Under the pieces are notes generated by a model. It had not been told where the DNA came from and did not search any database. It saw only the letters and a list, made by a program, of their open reading frames with translations. Made by a program: the position numbers and the translations under genes. A stretch of 64,000 bases of DNA from NCBI GenBank assembly GCA_016280915.1, contig JAEEHQ010000036.1, forward strand, positions 29,269-93,268, written 5' to 3'. This document shows positions 16,635 to 26,619 of the stretch, in pieces (the first letter of the stretch is position 1; every line of letters begins with the position of its first letter). The stretch is from Bacteroidales bacterium. GTDB lineage: Bacteria > Bacteroidota > Bacteroidia > Bacteroidales > P3.

Positions 16635-17012
16635 ATGTCTCGCGGATTACTCACCGTCCTACTTCTCATCTGTTCCAATGTCTTCATGACCTTTGCCTGG
16701 TATGGCAACCTGAAGCTGCAGCAGATGAAACTCATCACCGACTGGCCTTTGCTGGCCATTATAGCCATCTCTTGGGGCATGGCTTTCTTTGAATACTGTT
16801 TTATGATACCGGCCAATCGCATCGGCTCGCAAATCACCGGCGGCCCCTTCTCGCTCATGCAGCTGAAGGTCATCCAGGAGTGCGTGTCGCTTCTAATCTT
16901 TACCGTCATCGTTTCCACAGTATTCAAGGGCGAGCCCATCCGCTGGAACCACTTGGTGGCTTTCGGCCTTATCGTCTTAGCCGTTTTCTTTGCTTTTCTT
17001 AAAACAGAATAA
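16635..17012 (+). CDS. DMT-superfamily small membrane protein (DUF486-like)
   Basis: A 125-aa, four-helix protein. 'NVFMTFAWYGNLK' resembles the DUF486 family. Confidence 0.7.
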   Translation: MSRGLLTVLLLICSNVFMTFAWYGNLKLQQMKLITDWPLLAIIAISWGMAFFEYCFMIPANRIGSQITGGPFSLMQLKVIQECVSLLIFTVIVSTVFKGEPIRWNHLVAFGLIVLAVFFAFLKTE

Positions 17013-17014
17013 TT

Positions 17015-19120
17015 ATGTCCAAAAGAATCCTACTTATCCTTGTTGTTGCTCTGACTTTTGTTGGCTGCAAAAACGATTCCATCGACATTAAACCCCTCAC
17101 CCAATGGCAGTTTGAGTACGAGGAACAATGGTATGATGGCACCATGCCCGGATGCATCCATACCGACCTGATGGCCAACGGCATTATTCCCGACCCTTTC
17201 TATGGCACCAACGAAGACTCGGTGCAATGGGTGGGAAAGCGTGACTGGAAGTACCGCACAACCATCACCCGCGACATGTGGGCGGGATTTGAACATTGTG
17301 AACTGGTGTTGGAGGGAGTTACTTATTGCGACGTGACTATGTCTGGTTCGGTGGACGGGGTTCCTTTCCAGCGTTTGGCCATCACCTGCGATAACATGTT
17401 CCGCGAATACCGCGTTTGTCTGTTCGACGTGCTGATGGATGGCAAGATATTGCCCGACTTGGATGACAGTACGATCATAGAGATACATTTCTATCCCATA
17501 GAGTTGAATAACGAGAGACACTTTGACAAAGAAGTTTGCAAAGAGGACGGTTGTCCTTGGCCAGACATGGAGTACGACCTGCCCGACCATCGCGCCATGA
17601 GCCGCATGGCACCCTATATGCTGGGATGGGATTGGGGTCCGAAACTGAGCACGGTGGGCATCCTGGGTTCGGCAAGATTGGAATGCTACAATGGGGAAAG
17701 ACCCGAAATGATAGAGACGAAACCCAAGTCATGGAATGTGGAGCTGCGACAGGAAGAGGACTCTATCGGGCAGTCCTTCACATTCTACAAGGACGGCAAG
17801 CCCATCTTTGCCAAAGGAGCTAACTGGATTCCCTGCCACTCGTTTCCCATCCTCACGCCTGCGCTGAAAGAACGTTACCGCTACCTGCTTACCTCTGCCA
17901 AAGAGGCGAATTTCAATATGCTGCGTGTGTGGGGAGGCGGCATCTACGAACCCGACTACTTCTACGACCTGTGCGACTCGCTGGGAATTATGGTGTGGCA
18001 GGACTTTAACTTCAGCTGCGCCCTTTATCCTTCTGACACAGCATTTCTGAACAACGTGAAGGCTGAGGCAGAATACCAAGTGCGACGCATCTCGCGGCAC
18101 CCCTGTGTAGTGGTGTGGTGTGGCAACAACGAGGTGAAGAATGGATGGGAAGACTGGGGTTGGCAAAGCCAGTACCAATGGACTCCCGAACAGATTGCCA
18201 CCTTGCAGCACGGCATCGACACCCTCTTTGGCGAGAAGGGTATCCTGGCACATGCGTTGAAAGATAACGACCCGCTGCAGCGTTCTTATATCACCACCTC
18301 GCCCCTCTACGGGTGGGGTCATCCGGAATGCGTTACCCATGGCGACAGCCATTATTGGGGTGTTTGGTGGGGCGAGCTGCCCTTTGAGGTCTACAAAGAG
18401 AAGACTGGTCGCTTCATGTCGGAATACGGTTTCCAAAGCTATCCCGACTGGAGTACCGTCTGCCGATTCTGTCCCGAAGAACAGCGTGTTATCGATTCTC
18501 CCACCATGCAGGGCCACCAGAAGCACGCCCGCGGCCGCCTAATTATTGATAAGGCCATGCAACAATACTACGGCCTTGACAGCAAGATCCTCACCCTTGA
18601 GGATTACTGCTATGTGTCACAGCTGATGCAAGCCTGGGGAATGGGGTACGGTATCCTCCAGCACCTGCTGGCTCAACCCCGTTGCATGGGTACGCTCTAC
18701 TGGCAGTTGGACGACTGCTGGCCAGTGGCCTCGTGGAGCAGCATAGACTACTATGGCAACTGGAAGGCATTGCACTACCGTGCCCGCGACCTCTTCAATC
18801 CTGATGCCGACTTGGCTTATTGGCAGAATTATTACAAGACCTATCCCAAAAGCCTGCATTTGAAGAAGGCTCGGTACTCCCAGCAACAGCGCTTCGACCC
18901 CAAAGGCCGCTTAGCCGTTAGCATCAAGGCCGAGAACATGTTGCGAGACGTAATGTTACAGATCTCTCCCCATGTTGACGGACATTTCGACTTGAATTAC
19001 TTTGACTTGGAGGGTGGTAAAGAACTGACCGCACATTTCATTCCCCGTGACCCCAAAGCCGACTTGTCGCAGGTGACGGTCACCGTCAAAACACTCAATG
19101 ATATATACGAGAAATATTGA
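17015..19120 (+). CDS. Glycoside hydrolase family 2 lipoprotein, beta-mannosidase-like
   Basis: Lipobox 'LTFVGC'. 'CIHTDLMANGIIPDPFYGTNE', 'NMLRVWGGGIYE', 'VVWCGNNE' and 'SEYGFQSYP' are GH2 / beta-mannosidase-type blocks. At 701 aa it is shorter than the roughly 850-aa enzymes I recall. Confidence 0.78.
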   Translation: MSKRILLILVVALTFVGCKNDSIDIKPLTQWQFEYEEQWYDGTMPGCIHTDLMANGIIPDPFYGTNEDSVQWVGKRDWKYRTTITRDMWAGFEHCELVLEGVTYCDVTMSGSVDGVPFQRLAITCDNMFREYRVCLFDVLMDGKILPDLDDSTIIEIHFYPIELNNERHFDKEVCKEDGCPWPDMEYDLPDHRAMSRMAPYMLGWDWGPKLSTVGILGSARLECYNGERPEMIETKPKSWNVELRQEEDSIGQSFTFYKDGKPIFAKGANWIPCHSFPILTPALKERYRYLLTSAKEANFNMLRVWGGGIYEPDYFYDLCDSLGIMVWQDFNFSCALYPSDTAFLNNVKAEAEYQVRRISRHPCVVVWCGNNEVKNGWEDWGWQSQYQWTPEQIATLQHGIDTLFGEKGILAHALKDNDPLQRSYITTSPLYGWGHPECVTHGDSHYWGVWWGELPFEVYKEKTGRFMSEYGFQSYPDWSTVCRFCPEEQRVIDSPTMQGHQKHARGRLIIDKAMQQYYGLDSKILTLEDYCYVSQLMQAWGMGYGILQHLLAQPRCMGTLYWQLDDCWPVASWSSIDYYGNWKALHYRARDLFNPDADLAYWQNYYKTYPKSLHLKKARYSQQQRFDPKGRLAVSIKAENMLRDVMLQISPHVDGHFDLNYFDLEGGKELTAHFIPRDPKADLSQVTVTVKTLNDIYEKY

Positions 19121-19130
19121 AAATAGAAAA

Positions 19131-19928
19131 ATGAAGAAACGGATACTGCTTTGCTTGGTGGTGATGGTGGTCGTTGCGATGACTGCATGCACAAACAAAG
19201 ACCTGGAAAATGAAACGACTATGGTAAATGACGAATGCCTAATTTGCGGAGCTCCGCTTGAATACCTTGAAAACGACACGCTGATGGAATGCGTGATTTG
19301 TCACAAACAAGAACCCAGCAAGACACGTTGTACGAAGGGGCATTATGTCTGCAACGATTGTCACACGGCGGGCATGGATTCCATCATCGTGATGTGTCTC
19401 CAAGAGACCTCCAAGGACCCCATTGCCATCCTCGAGAAGATGATGTCGCAGCCGTTCTGTCACATGCACGGACCTGAACACCATGTGCTTGTGGGCGCGG
19501 CCCTGCTGACGGCATACAACAATGCTGTGCCATCTGACACGATGAAGCTGGACCTGCCCAATTCCCTTACCGAGGTGATGAGTCGCGGAAAACAGGTGCC
19601 CGGCGGTTCATGCGGCTATATGGGGGCTTGTGGTGCCGCTGTCAGCACAGGCATCTTCATGTCTATCGTCACGCGCAATACTCCACTCTCTACCGATACC
19701 TGGCGCTTGTGCAACCTCTGCACGGCCCGCGCCCTCGAGCAGGTGGCCCTCAATGGTGGTCCTCGTTGCTGCAAGCGCGACTCCTACCTTTCCATCCTCA
19801 CGGCAATTGACTTTGTGGATGAAAACCTCGGCGTGAAGATGGAGAAGTCGCAAATTACCTGCTCCCGCAGCCAAATCAACAATCAATGTATTGGAAAGAA
19901 ATGTCCCTTTTCGCCCTTGAATAAGTAA
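19131..19928 (+). CDS. Cys-rich lipoprotein, hypothetical (DUF5714-like as I recall it)
   Basis: ATG at 19131 gives MKKRILLCLVVMVVVAMTAC. CxxC pairs ('CLICG', 'CVICH', 'CNDCH'), 'HGPEHH' and 'GGSCGYMGACGAAVSTG' suggest a metal- or cluster-binding protein. Confidence 0.55.
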   Translation: MKKRILLCLVVMVVVAMTACTNKDLENETTMVNDECLICGAPLEYLENDTLMECVICHKQEPSKTRCTKGHYVCNDCHTAGMDSIIVMCLQETSKDPIAILEKMMSQPFCHMHGPEHHVLVGAALLTAYNNAVPSDTMKLDLPNSLTEVMSRGKQVPGGSCGYMGACGAAVSTGIFMSIVTRNTPLSTDTWRLCNLCTARALEQVALNGGPRCCKRDSYLSILTAIDFVDENLGVKMEKSQITCSRSQINNQCIGKKCPFSPLNK

Positions 19929-19952
19929 AAGGAACTGCAATGATTATTAAGG

Positions 19953-19994
19953 GGGCTTCTATATAGTGCCTCAAGAGGCAATTTATAGAAGCCC
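19953..19994. terminator. Bidirectional hairpin between convergent genes (a miniature member of the GGTGGGTTCTATAAA motif family)
   Basis: GGGCTTCTATA (19953-19963) pairs with TATAGAAGCCC (19984-19994). There is also an inner TGCCTC/GAGGCA pair. Confidence 0.6.
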
Positions 19995-20008
19995 ACCTAA
20001 TAATTGGA

Positions 20009-20473
20009 TTACATCATTTCGATAAGGAAATTCTCATAGCCGAGTTTCTCGATGTAGTTGAGATACTGAGCCTCCCAAGCCATGTGGTCCTTCTCGCCAT
20101 CGATCCATTTGTAGATTAGTTTCTGGGTGGGATAGTCATCGGCAAAGGCAGCGGCCATCTCGCTCATCTGCTTTACGGCATCGGGCTGATAATCCGACTC
20201 AATCTGCTGTTTCGGGTCATCGTAGAAGGGGAATTCCATCGTCTTCATAGCCTCCTGCAGGTCGGCCGGTTTGCAACCCAGCTCCACCAAGCGGTTCAGC
20301 ACCTCTTCGGCCTCGTCCCACTCTTCTTCGGCTTCCTCTTTCCATTTGTCGGCTAGTTTGTTCCAACCATTCAGACGGCAGTAAGCCGAGAAGGCATAGT
20401 GTTGTTTACTGTTGCCAAACCAAGCAGCGCCATACATGGCAAACATTTTTAAAGCTTCTTCTTTTGTCATCAT
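20009..20473 (-). CDS. Ferritin-like four-helix-bundle protein, divergent
   Basis: The layout resembles ferritin ('...AYCRLNGWNKLADKWKEEAEEEWDEAEEVLNRLVELG...' and '...YPTQKLIYKWIDGEKDHMAWEAQYLNYIEKLG'). The position of the usual EExxH His appears to be Asp. Confidence 0.5.
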   Translation of the reverse strand: MMTKEEALKMFAMYGAAWFGNSKQHYAFSAYCRLNGWNKLADKWKEEAEEEWDEAEEVLNRLVELGCKPADLQEAMKTMEFPFYDDPKQQIESDYQPDAVKQMSEMAAAFADDYPTQKLIYKWIDGEKDHMAWEAQYLNYIEKLGYENFLIEMM

Positions 20474-20500
20474 GATAATTAGTATTTTTAGGTGAATGAA

Positions 20501-20938
20501 TTATTTTAATTTGTTTATTATAGTGTCTATTTTGCTTCTGAGTTGGGCATAATCTTCAAGACTCAATTGGCAGGGGTCCATCCGTTGCCCCATACCTGAA
20601 GGAATGCAGTTGAATGCCTGTTCTTCCAATTCTTTGCCTTTTTTCGTCAGCGACACCAAGGTCTGCCTACCGTCCTCTTTGCCCTTGCTGCGTTTCACAA
20701 GTCCCTGTTTCTCCATTCGTTGGAGCAATGGTGTCACCGTATTTGTCTCCAGCACCAGTCGGTGGGCGATGTCGTTCACCGGTTGGGAGTCCTGCTCCCA
20801 AAGCACCATCAACACCAGATATTGCGGATAGGTAATGCCCAATTGACATAAAAATGGTGTGTAGGCTTGGGTAATCAGCCTGCTGACGGTGTAAAGGCGG
20901 AAACAGAGTTGGTTGTCAAGCCTTAGTTCTTCGTGCAT
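20501..20938 (-). CDS. MarR-family regulator, OhrR-like
   Basis: 'LDNQLCFRLY' carries the N-terminal sensing Cys, and the winged-helix region is 'ITYPQYLVLMVLWE...VNDIAHRLVLETNTVTPLLQRMEKQGLVKR'. Confidence 0.85.
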   Translation of the reverse strand: MHEELRLDNQLCFRLYTVSRLITQAYTPFLCQLGITYPQYLVLMVLWEQDSQPVNDIAHRLVLETNTVTPLLQRMEKQGLVKRSKGKEDGRQTLVSLTKKGKELEEQAFNCIPSGMGQRMDPCQLSLEDYAQLRSKIDTIINKLK

Positions 20939-20970
20939 ACTTTTTTACGCTCAACTAACGGGTTAAATAT

Positions 20971-21513
20971 TTAGAGCATTGACTCCACGTCCTTTTCGAA
21001 ATCCTTGGGATCGGTTGTGGGAGCAAAGCGTTTGATAGTCTTGCCATCCTTGGAGATGAGGAATTTGGTGAAATTCCACAGGATATCACTATCTTTCTCT
21101 ACGCTGCTGCTCAGTTTCTTGAGCATGGCATGGGTGGCTTTGGCCTTCAAGCCATTATATTCCTCGGTGGGTGCCTGCGATTTCAGGTACTCGAAGATGG
21201 GTTCTGCTGCAGGACCATTCACATCTGTTTTTTTCATAATTTGAAAGGTCACACCATAATTAATCTGGCAGAACTCCTCAATCTGGCTGTCGGAACCAGG
21301 GTCCTGTTCTTTGAATTGGTTGCAGGGGAAGCCGATGATAACAAGTCCCTTGTCTTTGTACTTTTGGTTTAGAGCCTCCAGACCTTCAAACTGGGGAGTA
21401 AAACCACACTTGCTTGCGGTATTGACAATCAGCAATACCTTGCCTTGAAATTGTGAAAAATCCAACTCTTGGCCTCTGCTTGTAAGAGCTTTAAAATCAT
21501 AAATCGTTTGCAT
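20971..21513 (-). CDS. Glutathione peroxidase family protein (Cys-type)
   Basis: 'NTASKCGFTPQ', 'GFPCNQF' and 'WNFTKFLI' are the three GPx signature blocks. Confidence 0.9.
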   Translation of the reverse strand: MQTIYDFKALTSRGQELDFSQFQGKVLLIVNTASKCGFTPQFEGLEALNQKYKDKGLVIIGFPCNQFKEQDPGSDSQIEEFCQINYGVTFQIMKKTDVNGPAAEPIFEYLKSQAPTEEYNGLKAKATHAMLKKLSSSVEKDSDILWNFTKFLISKDGKTIKRFAPTTDPKDFEKDVESML

Positions 21514-21554
21514 ATTGTTTATTGTTTGTTACGTTTATTATGTCGTTTGCGATG

Positions 21555-21562
21555 CAAAAATA
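21555..21562 (-). promoter_or_regulatory. TAnnTTTG -7 motif (TATTTTTG on the minus strand) upstream of the gpx operon
   Basis: CAAAAATA on the plus strand, about 42 nt upstream of the ATG at 21513. Confidence 0.45.
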
Positions 21563-21813
21563 AGAAATATTATTTATATCGCGAACGATTTAATGCGTGT
21601 TTAGGAAACTTTAACAATATTAAACCTTTTGTTGGTTGATGTAAGGGTCTGATTGTTAAAAAGTAAAAAGAATGTGCTTTGCAAAAGTTAAATATGGTCA
21701 ACTCTCAAAGTCATGGGAAGTGTGACGTATAATGATGTTAATTTCGATGATAAATGAACTAATTGACATCATTTGAAAATTACAATCATTGGCCAAAAGG
21801 TTGTATCTTTGCA

Positions 21814-21821
21814 TGTTGATA
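21814..21821 (+). promoter_or_regulatory. TAnnTTTG -7 motif (TATCTTTG)
   Basis: It lies within GTATCTTTGCA, the same 11-mer seen before guaB and before the OstA-like gene. Confidence 0.5.
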
Positions 21822-21872
21822 CTGAATTATTTTTTTAAACAACGAACAACATATCAATAATTTATATACTAT

Positions 21873-22493
21873 ATGAAAGCACTACTACTTAACGGGAGTC
21901 CCAATGCTAAGGGTTGTACCTACACAGCGCTCAGTATTGTGGCTGAGGAACTTGAGAAAAATGGCATAGAAGCCGAGATTGTGCATGTTGGACACAAAGA
22001 TATACACGGATGCATCGGTTGTGGACGTTGTGCCGAACTGGGGCATTGTGTGTTTAATGACATTGTGAATGAGGTGGCACCTAAATTCGAGGCTGCTGAT
22101 GCCCTTATTGTGGGTTCTCCTGTCTACTATGCCAGCCCTAATGGCACTTTGCTGGCTTGTCTTGACAGGCTTTTCTTCAGCACCCATTTTGATAAACGCA
22201 TGAAGGTGGGTGCCAGCGTGGTGAGCGCAAGGCGTGCTGGCACGACGGCTGCATTTGACGTGCTTAACAAGTATTTTACCATTAGCGAGATGCCCGTGGC
22301 CAGCAGTCGCTACTGGAATATGGTGCATGGTTTCTCGGCAGAGGATGTTTTGAAAGATGAAGAGGGCTGCCAAGTCATGCGTATACTTGGTCGGAATGTC
22401 GCTTTTCTGGTTCGTGCTATCCGGGCAGAGCGTGACCGCGCAGGATTGCCCTTGCAAGACGATGAAATACACTTTACAAATTTCATTCGCTAA
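21873..22493 (+). CDS. NAD(P)H-dependent FMN reductase / iron-sulfur flavoprotein-like protein
   Basis: Flavodoxin-like N-terminus 'MKALLLNGSPN', a compact Cys cluster 'HGCIGCGRCAELGHC', and 'LIVGSPVYYASP'. Confidence 0.78.
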   Translation: MKALLLNGSPNAKGCTYTALSIVAEELEKNGIEAEIVHVGHKDIHGCIGCGRCAELGHCVFNDIVNEVAPKFEAADALIVGSPVYYASPNGTLLACLDRLFFSTHFDKRMKVGASVVSARRAGTTAAFDVLNKYFTISEMPVASSRYWNMVHGFSAEDVLKDEEGCQVMRILGRNVAFLVRAIRAERDRAGLPLQDDEIHFTNFIR

Positions 22494-22894
22494 GATTTTT
22501 TGATAAATGAGGACTTAGAAAAGTCATGGCACCGTCCACGCTGATAACTTGACGTGGTGCGGTGTCAATTGTTTTGTACAGTTCTAAGAAACCTACACTT
22601 ATTCTCCCACCGGATATATCGCGAATTGGAAGAAACCCTCGGCAAAGAGGAGGTGCAAATAACTATTTCTGCCACCTAAACTCCTGCTGCCAAGAGATCA
22701 TTTGTCTACCCAGAGAGGTTTTAAGGCCGTGATTGCACGGACGAATGATGCCTTCGCTATTTTGCAACCCCAAGGTCTCTCTTTTTCGCTTCGCAATAGC
22801 AAACGCCTAATGGCTGTTTACTCCATTCCAGCTGAAAAATAGTTAAAATAAGGCTCATTGGCGAAAAATTGGGCATTATGTTGGAAAAAAAGCG

Positions 22895-22902
22895 TATCTT
22901 TG
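22895..22902 (+). promoter_or_regulatory. TAnnTTTG -7 motif (TATCTTTG) upstream of guaB
   Basis: Exact motif, about 65 nt upstream of the ATG. Confidence 0.5.
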
Positions 22903-22966
22903 CACAATTTTTTAAATGAGAGGATTTTTTACTATTTATAATTAAGAAAAAATACAAATCATAGTT

Positions 22967-24439
22967 ATGTATACAGATACCACTAAATTCATTGGCGAAG
23001 GCCTTACTTATGACGACGTACTGTTGGTGCCGTCCTATTCAGAGATTCTTCCCCGCGAAGTAACTGTTGCCACCCGCTTTTCACGCAACATCAAGCTGAA
23101 CATGCCGCTTGTCTCGGCCGCCATGGATACGGTGACTGAGGCCGCCATGGCTATCGGTATGGCCCAGGAGGGCGGTATCGGTGTGTTGCATAAGAATATG
23201 TCGATTGAGCGTCAGGCCAACGAGGTACGCAAAGTGAAGCGCGCCGAGAACGGTATGATTATTGACCCCGTGACGCTGACCAAGGATGCCTTGGTGAAGG
23301 ATGCCCAACGACTAATGCATGAATATGGCATCGGCGGTATTCCTATCGTGGATGAGGACCGTATGCTCATTGGCATGGTGACCAATCGCGACTTGCGTTT
23401 TGAACGCAATATGGACCGTCCCCTTTCGGAGATTATGATTACCAAGCTTATCACCACCCATGAAGGTACTACCTTTGCCGAGGCTACCGATATTTTGCAG
23501 CAGCATAAGATTGAAAAGTTGCCGGTGGTGAACGACAAGGGGCAGTTTATGGGGTTGATTACCTATCGCGATATTATGAAGACTAAGGAGCGTCCATTGG
23601 CTTGTAAAGACAAGGACGGTCGCTTGTGTGTGGCTGCCGGTGTAGGCATTACGGACGATATGATGGACCGTGTGGATGCCTTGGTGAAGGCTGGTGCCGA
23701 CGCTATCGTTATCGACACGGCTCACGGTCACAGCATCCGCGTGGTGGAGGCTTTGAAGAAAGTGAAAGGACAATATCCTGACTTGGATGTGGTGGTGGGT
23801 AATATCGCCACCGGCGAGGCTGCCCTCATGTTGGCAGAGGCTGGTGCCGATGCCATCAAGGTGGGCATTGGCCCTGGAAGCATCTGTTCCACACGTATTG
23901 TGGCAGGTATTGGTGTGCCCCAGCTGACGGCTATTTGCGAGTGTGTGGGTGCCCTGAAACAGAATGGCTATGACGTGCCTGTTATTGCCGATGGTGGTAT
24001 TAGATATAGTGGCGATATCGTGAAGGCCCTGGCTGCAGGTGCTTGCTCGGTGATGATTGGATCGCTCATTGCTGGTGTGGACGAGGCTCCCGGTGAGACT
24101 ATCATCTTTGAAGGCCGTAAGTTTAAATCCTACCGTGGCATGGGTTCGCTGGAGGCCATGCAGAGCGGCTCGAAGGATCGTTATTTCCAAGACAAGGAGA
24201 CTGACGCAAAGAAGTTGGTTCCCGAAGGCGTGGTGGGACGAGTTCCTTACAAGGGTACGCTCAGCGAGGTTCTGTATCAGATGGTTGGTGGCTTGAAGGC
24301 TGGCATGGGCTACACAGGTTCGAGAGATATCCAGTCGCTGCAAAAGGCTAAGTTTATCCGTATCACAGCTGCGGGCGTTACCGAGAGTCACCCCCACGAT
24401 ATCGCTATCACCCGTGAGGCTCCTAACTACTCTAGATAA
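22967..24439 (+). CDS. guaB: IMP dehydrogenase
   Basis: '[14 protein letters not shown]', tandem CBS region, and the catalytic loop '[20 protein letters not shown]'. Confidence 0.95.
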   Translation: MYTDTTKFIGEGLTYDDVLLVPSYSEILPREVTVATRFSRNIKLNMPLVSAAMDTVTEAAMAIGMAQEGGIGVLHKNMSIERQANEVRKVKRAENGMIIDPVTLTKDALVKDAQRLMHEYGIGGIPIVDEDRMLIGMVTNRDLRFERNMDRPLSEIMITKLITTHEGTTFAEATDILQQHKIEKLPVVNDKGQFMGLITYRDIMKTKERPLACKDKDGRLCVAAGVGITDDMMDRVDALVKAGADAIVIDTAHGHSIRVVEALKKVKGQYPDLDVVVGNIATGEAALMLAEAGADAIKVGIGPGSICSTRIVAGIGVPQLTAICECVGALKQNGYDVPVIADGGIRYSGDIVKALAAGACSVMIGSLIAGVDEAPGETIIFEGRKFKSYRGMGSLEAMQSGSKDRYFQDKETDAKKLVPEGVVGRVPYKGTLSEVLYQMVGGLKAGMGYTGSRDIQSLQKAKFIRITAAGVTESHPHDIAITREAPNYSR

Positions 24440-24466
24440 TAAACATATAATAGAAATCGTTTCTTG

Positions 24467-26554
24467 ATGAAAAAACTATTTGCAACAATCCTTTTCACGG
24501 CGATGTTGGCAGGTGCTATGGCCCAAAGTGCCGATCCCGTGGTTTTTGAGATTAACGGAAAAAAATACCATAAGTCGCAGTTTCTGAAGGAGTATCTCCG
24601 CTCGATTGGCAAAGAGTCTGCCACAAGTACTGCCACGGCTGCTGAGAAGGCAAAGGCCATAAAGGACTATTCCCAGCTGTATGTGAATTTCCAAACCAAG
24701 TTAGCCGATGCTTACGCTATGGGGTTTGACACCATGGCTGACCTTAACAAGGAGCTTGCCACTTATCGCAAGGAATTGGCCGCACCCTATCTGATTGACT
24801 CCGCCACCCTCAAGTCGTTGCTGAAGGAGGCTTACGAGCGCAACCATTACGTGCTGCATGCTGCCCATATTCTGGTGCCTTGTCCGGAAAATTCCTCTCC
24901 CGAAGATACCCTAAAGGCTTATAATCACGCCATGGAGGTCTATAATCAGGCCTTACTTGCAACCGATTTTTATACCGTGGCCCAGCAGGAGATGAAGCGG
25001 CAGCGTTTGAACGACCGCGACCCCTTGGTACGCCAGAAGGCAGAAGAGGTGAACCCCATGGAGGGCGACCTTGGCTGTTTTACGGTATTCGATATGATCT
25101 ATGCCTTTGAGTCGACGGTCTATGGCATGACTCCCGGAGAGATTCACAAGCCGGTGAGAACGCGTTACGGCTATCATATCCCTAAGCTATTTGGCCGCTA
25201 TGAATACTATGGTAAAGCCCAGCTTGCACATATCTGGATTTCGGAAAAGGATCCCAGTGCCAAAGGTAAGATTAATTCGGCCTATCGTCAGTTACAGTCG
25301 GGTACCGATTTTGGCGTTGTGGCTAAGAATTATAGTGATGACCGCTCTACCTCCAACAATGGGGGCGTCATGCCGGAGCTGTCTCCCAACCAGTTGCCCT
25401 ACGACTATGTGGAACAGGTGTCAAAAGGGCTGAAGGTTGGCGAGTATTCAGAGCCCTTCCACAGCCGCTTTGGTTGGCACATCATCAAACTGCTCAAACA
25501 GGAGACGATGCCCGATTTTGAGAGTATGATTCCATACTATCGCTCTCGTATGACCCGCGGCGAGCGTGCCACCAAGCCTCAGCATATCTTTGTAGAACAA
25601 TGCAAGGCGAAGTACAACTTTGTTGATTACACTACAACCAAGACCTCGAACAAAAAGAAGGCGCCTTATGCAGCCAGCTTGGATGCCGTGAGGTCCTTGG
25701 TGTCGGATTCCATTTTCTCCGCTATCTTCCATTATGACAGCAATCAGATTACCGACATGCGCCCCTTGTTCAGAATTGGTGACAAGGAGTATAATTCCCG
25801 GGACTTTGCACGTTTCATATCTAAGAACAAAAAGGTTCGTCCCATTTGTATCTTAGACTCTTTTGTGGTTGACTCCTATCATGACTTTATCGATGCCAAA
25901 GTATTGGAATATGCCGACAGTCGTTTGGAGTTGGATATCCCCGAATTTGGCGAATTGATTGACGAATACCGCCATGGACTGATGATTTTTGCCTACAACG
26001 ACCAGATGGTTTGGTCGAGAGCTTTGAAGGACACACTTGGATTTGAACGTTTCTATGCCCAAGCAAGTAAGCAGCACCATTGGGGTGACTCCGCTGATGC
26101 TGTCTATTTTTGGAATGAACGCGCCCGAGTGAACTGTTATACGATTGCCGACAGCACGCTGCTGTCTAAGAACAAGGCGCTGAAAGTGATTGAAAAAGGT
26201 CAGAAAAAGGGTTGGGGGACAGAAAAGGTGATTGAAGAATTGGTTGCTAAGGTGTCCAAGAAGGATGCCAGTAAGGTCTCCAACGAACTGATACTTGTTG
26301 AGAAAGGCAACCAACAGTTGCTCAGCAACAAGGAATGGGGTATGGGTACCTATGTCCACAATTTGGACAGTGGTAGCTACCAGATTCTGGTTGTCGAACA
26401 GATGCTTCAACCCGAGCTAAAAAGTCGGGACGAAGCTCGCGGTTTTTATCTCAACGATTTCCAAAACTACTTGGAAGATCAAAATAACACCGCTTTGCGT
26501 AAAAAATATAATGTGAAAATCCATCAGGATGTCCTTGACAAAATAGTTTACTAG
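24467..26554 (+). CDS. Parvulin-type peptidyl-prolyl isomerase, PpiD/SurA-like, periplasmic
   Basis: The ATG is at 24467; the track start at 24464 is a TTG. A signal peptide is present. Two parvulin cores, '...RYGYHIPKL' and '...RFGWHIIKLL', are present. Confidence 0.8.
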   Translation: MKKLFATILFTAMLAGAMAQSADPVVFEINGKKYHKSQFLKEYLRSIGKESATSTATAAEKAKAIKDYSQLYVNFQTKLADAYAMGFDTMADLNKELATYRKELAAPYLIDSATLKSLLKEAYERNHYVLHAAHILVPCPENSSPEDTLKAYNHAMEVYNQALLATDFYTVAQQEMKRQRLNDRDPLVRQKAEEVNPMEGDLGCFTVFDMIYAFESTVYGMTPGEIHKPVRTRYGYHIPKLFGRYEYYGKAQLAHIWISEKDPSAKGKINSAYRQLQSGTDFGVVAKNYSDDRSTSNNGGVMPELSPNQLPYDYVEQVSKGLKVGEYSEPFHSRFGWHIIKLLKQETMPDFESMIPYYRSRMTRGERATKPQHIFVEQCKAKYNFVDYTTTKTSNKKKAPYAASLDAVRSLVSDSIFSAIFHYDSNQITDMRPLFRIGDKEYNSRDFARFISKNKKVRPICILDSFVVDSYHDFIDAKVLEYADSRLELDIPEFGELIDEYRHGLMIFAYNDQMVWSRALKDTLGFERFYAQASKQHHWGDSADAVYFWNERARVNCYTIADSTLLSKNKALKVIEKGQKKGWGTEKVIEELVAKVSKKDASKVSNELILVEKGNQQLLSNKEWGMGTYVHNLDSGSYQILVVEQMLQPELKSRDEARGFYLNDFQNYLEDQNNTALRKKYNVKIHQDVLDKIVY

Positions 26555-26619
26555 ACGTATGTTATAGGTTGATGCTGGATTCTGACATTAAAAGCAAGTA
26601 TAGCAAGTGATAATAGATA

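Noticed and set aside
21586-21596. 'TATATCGCGAA' occurs both at 21586 and at 22613, flanking the flavoprotein gene. It could be an OhrR/MarR operator.
   Set aside because: The match is only 10-11 nt and not clearly palindromic. Two occurrences in 64 kb are not far from chance expectation.
23312-24397. A 361-aa minus-strand ORF lies inside guaB.
   Set aside because: guaB on the plus strand is unambiguous. The antisense ORF has no start context or motifs.
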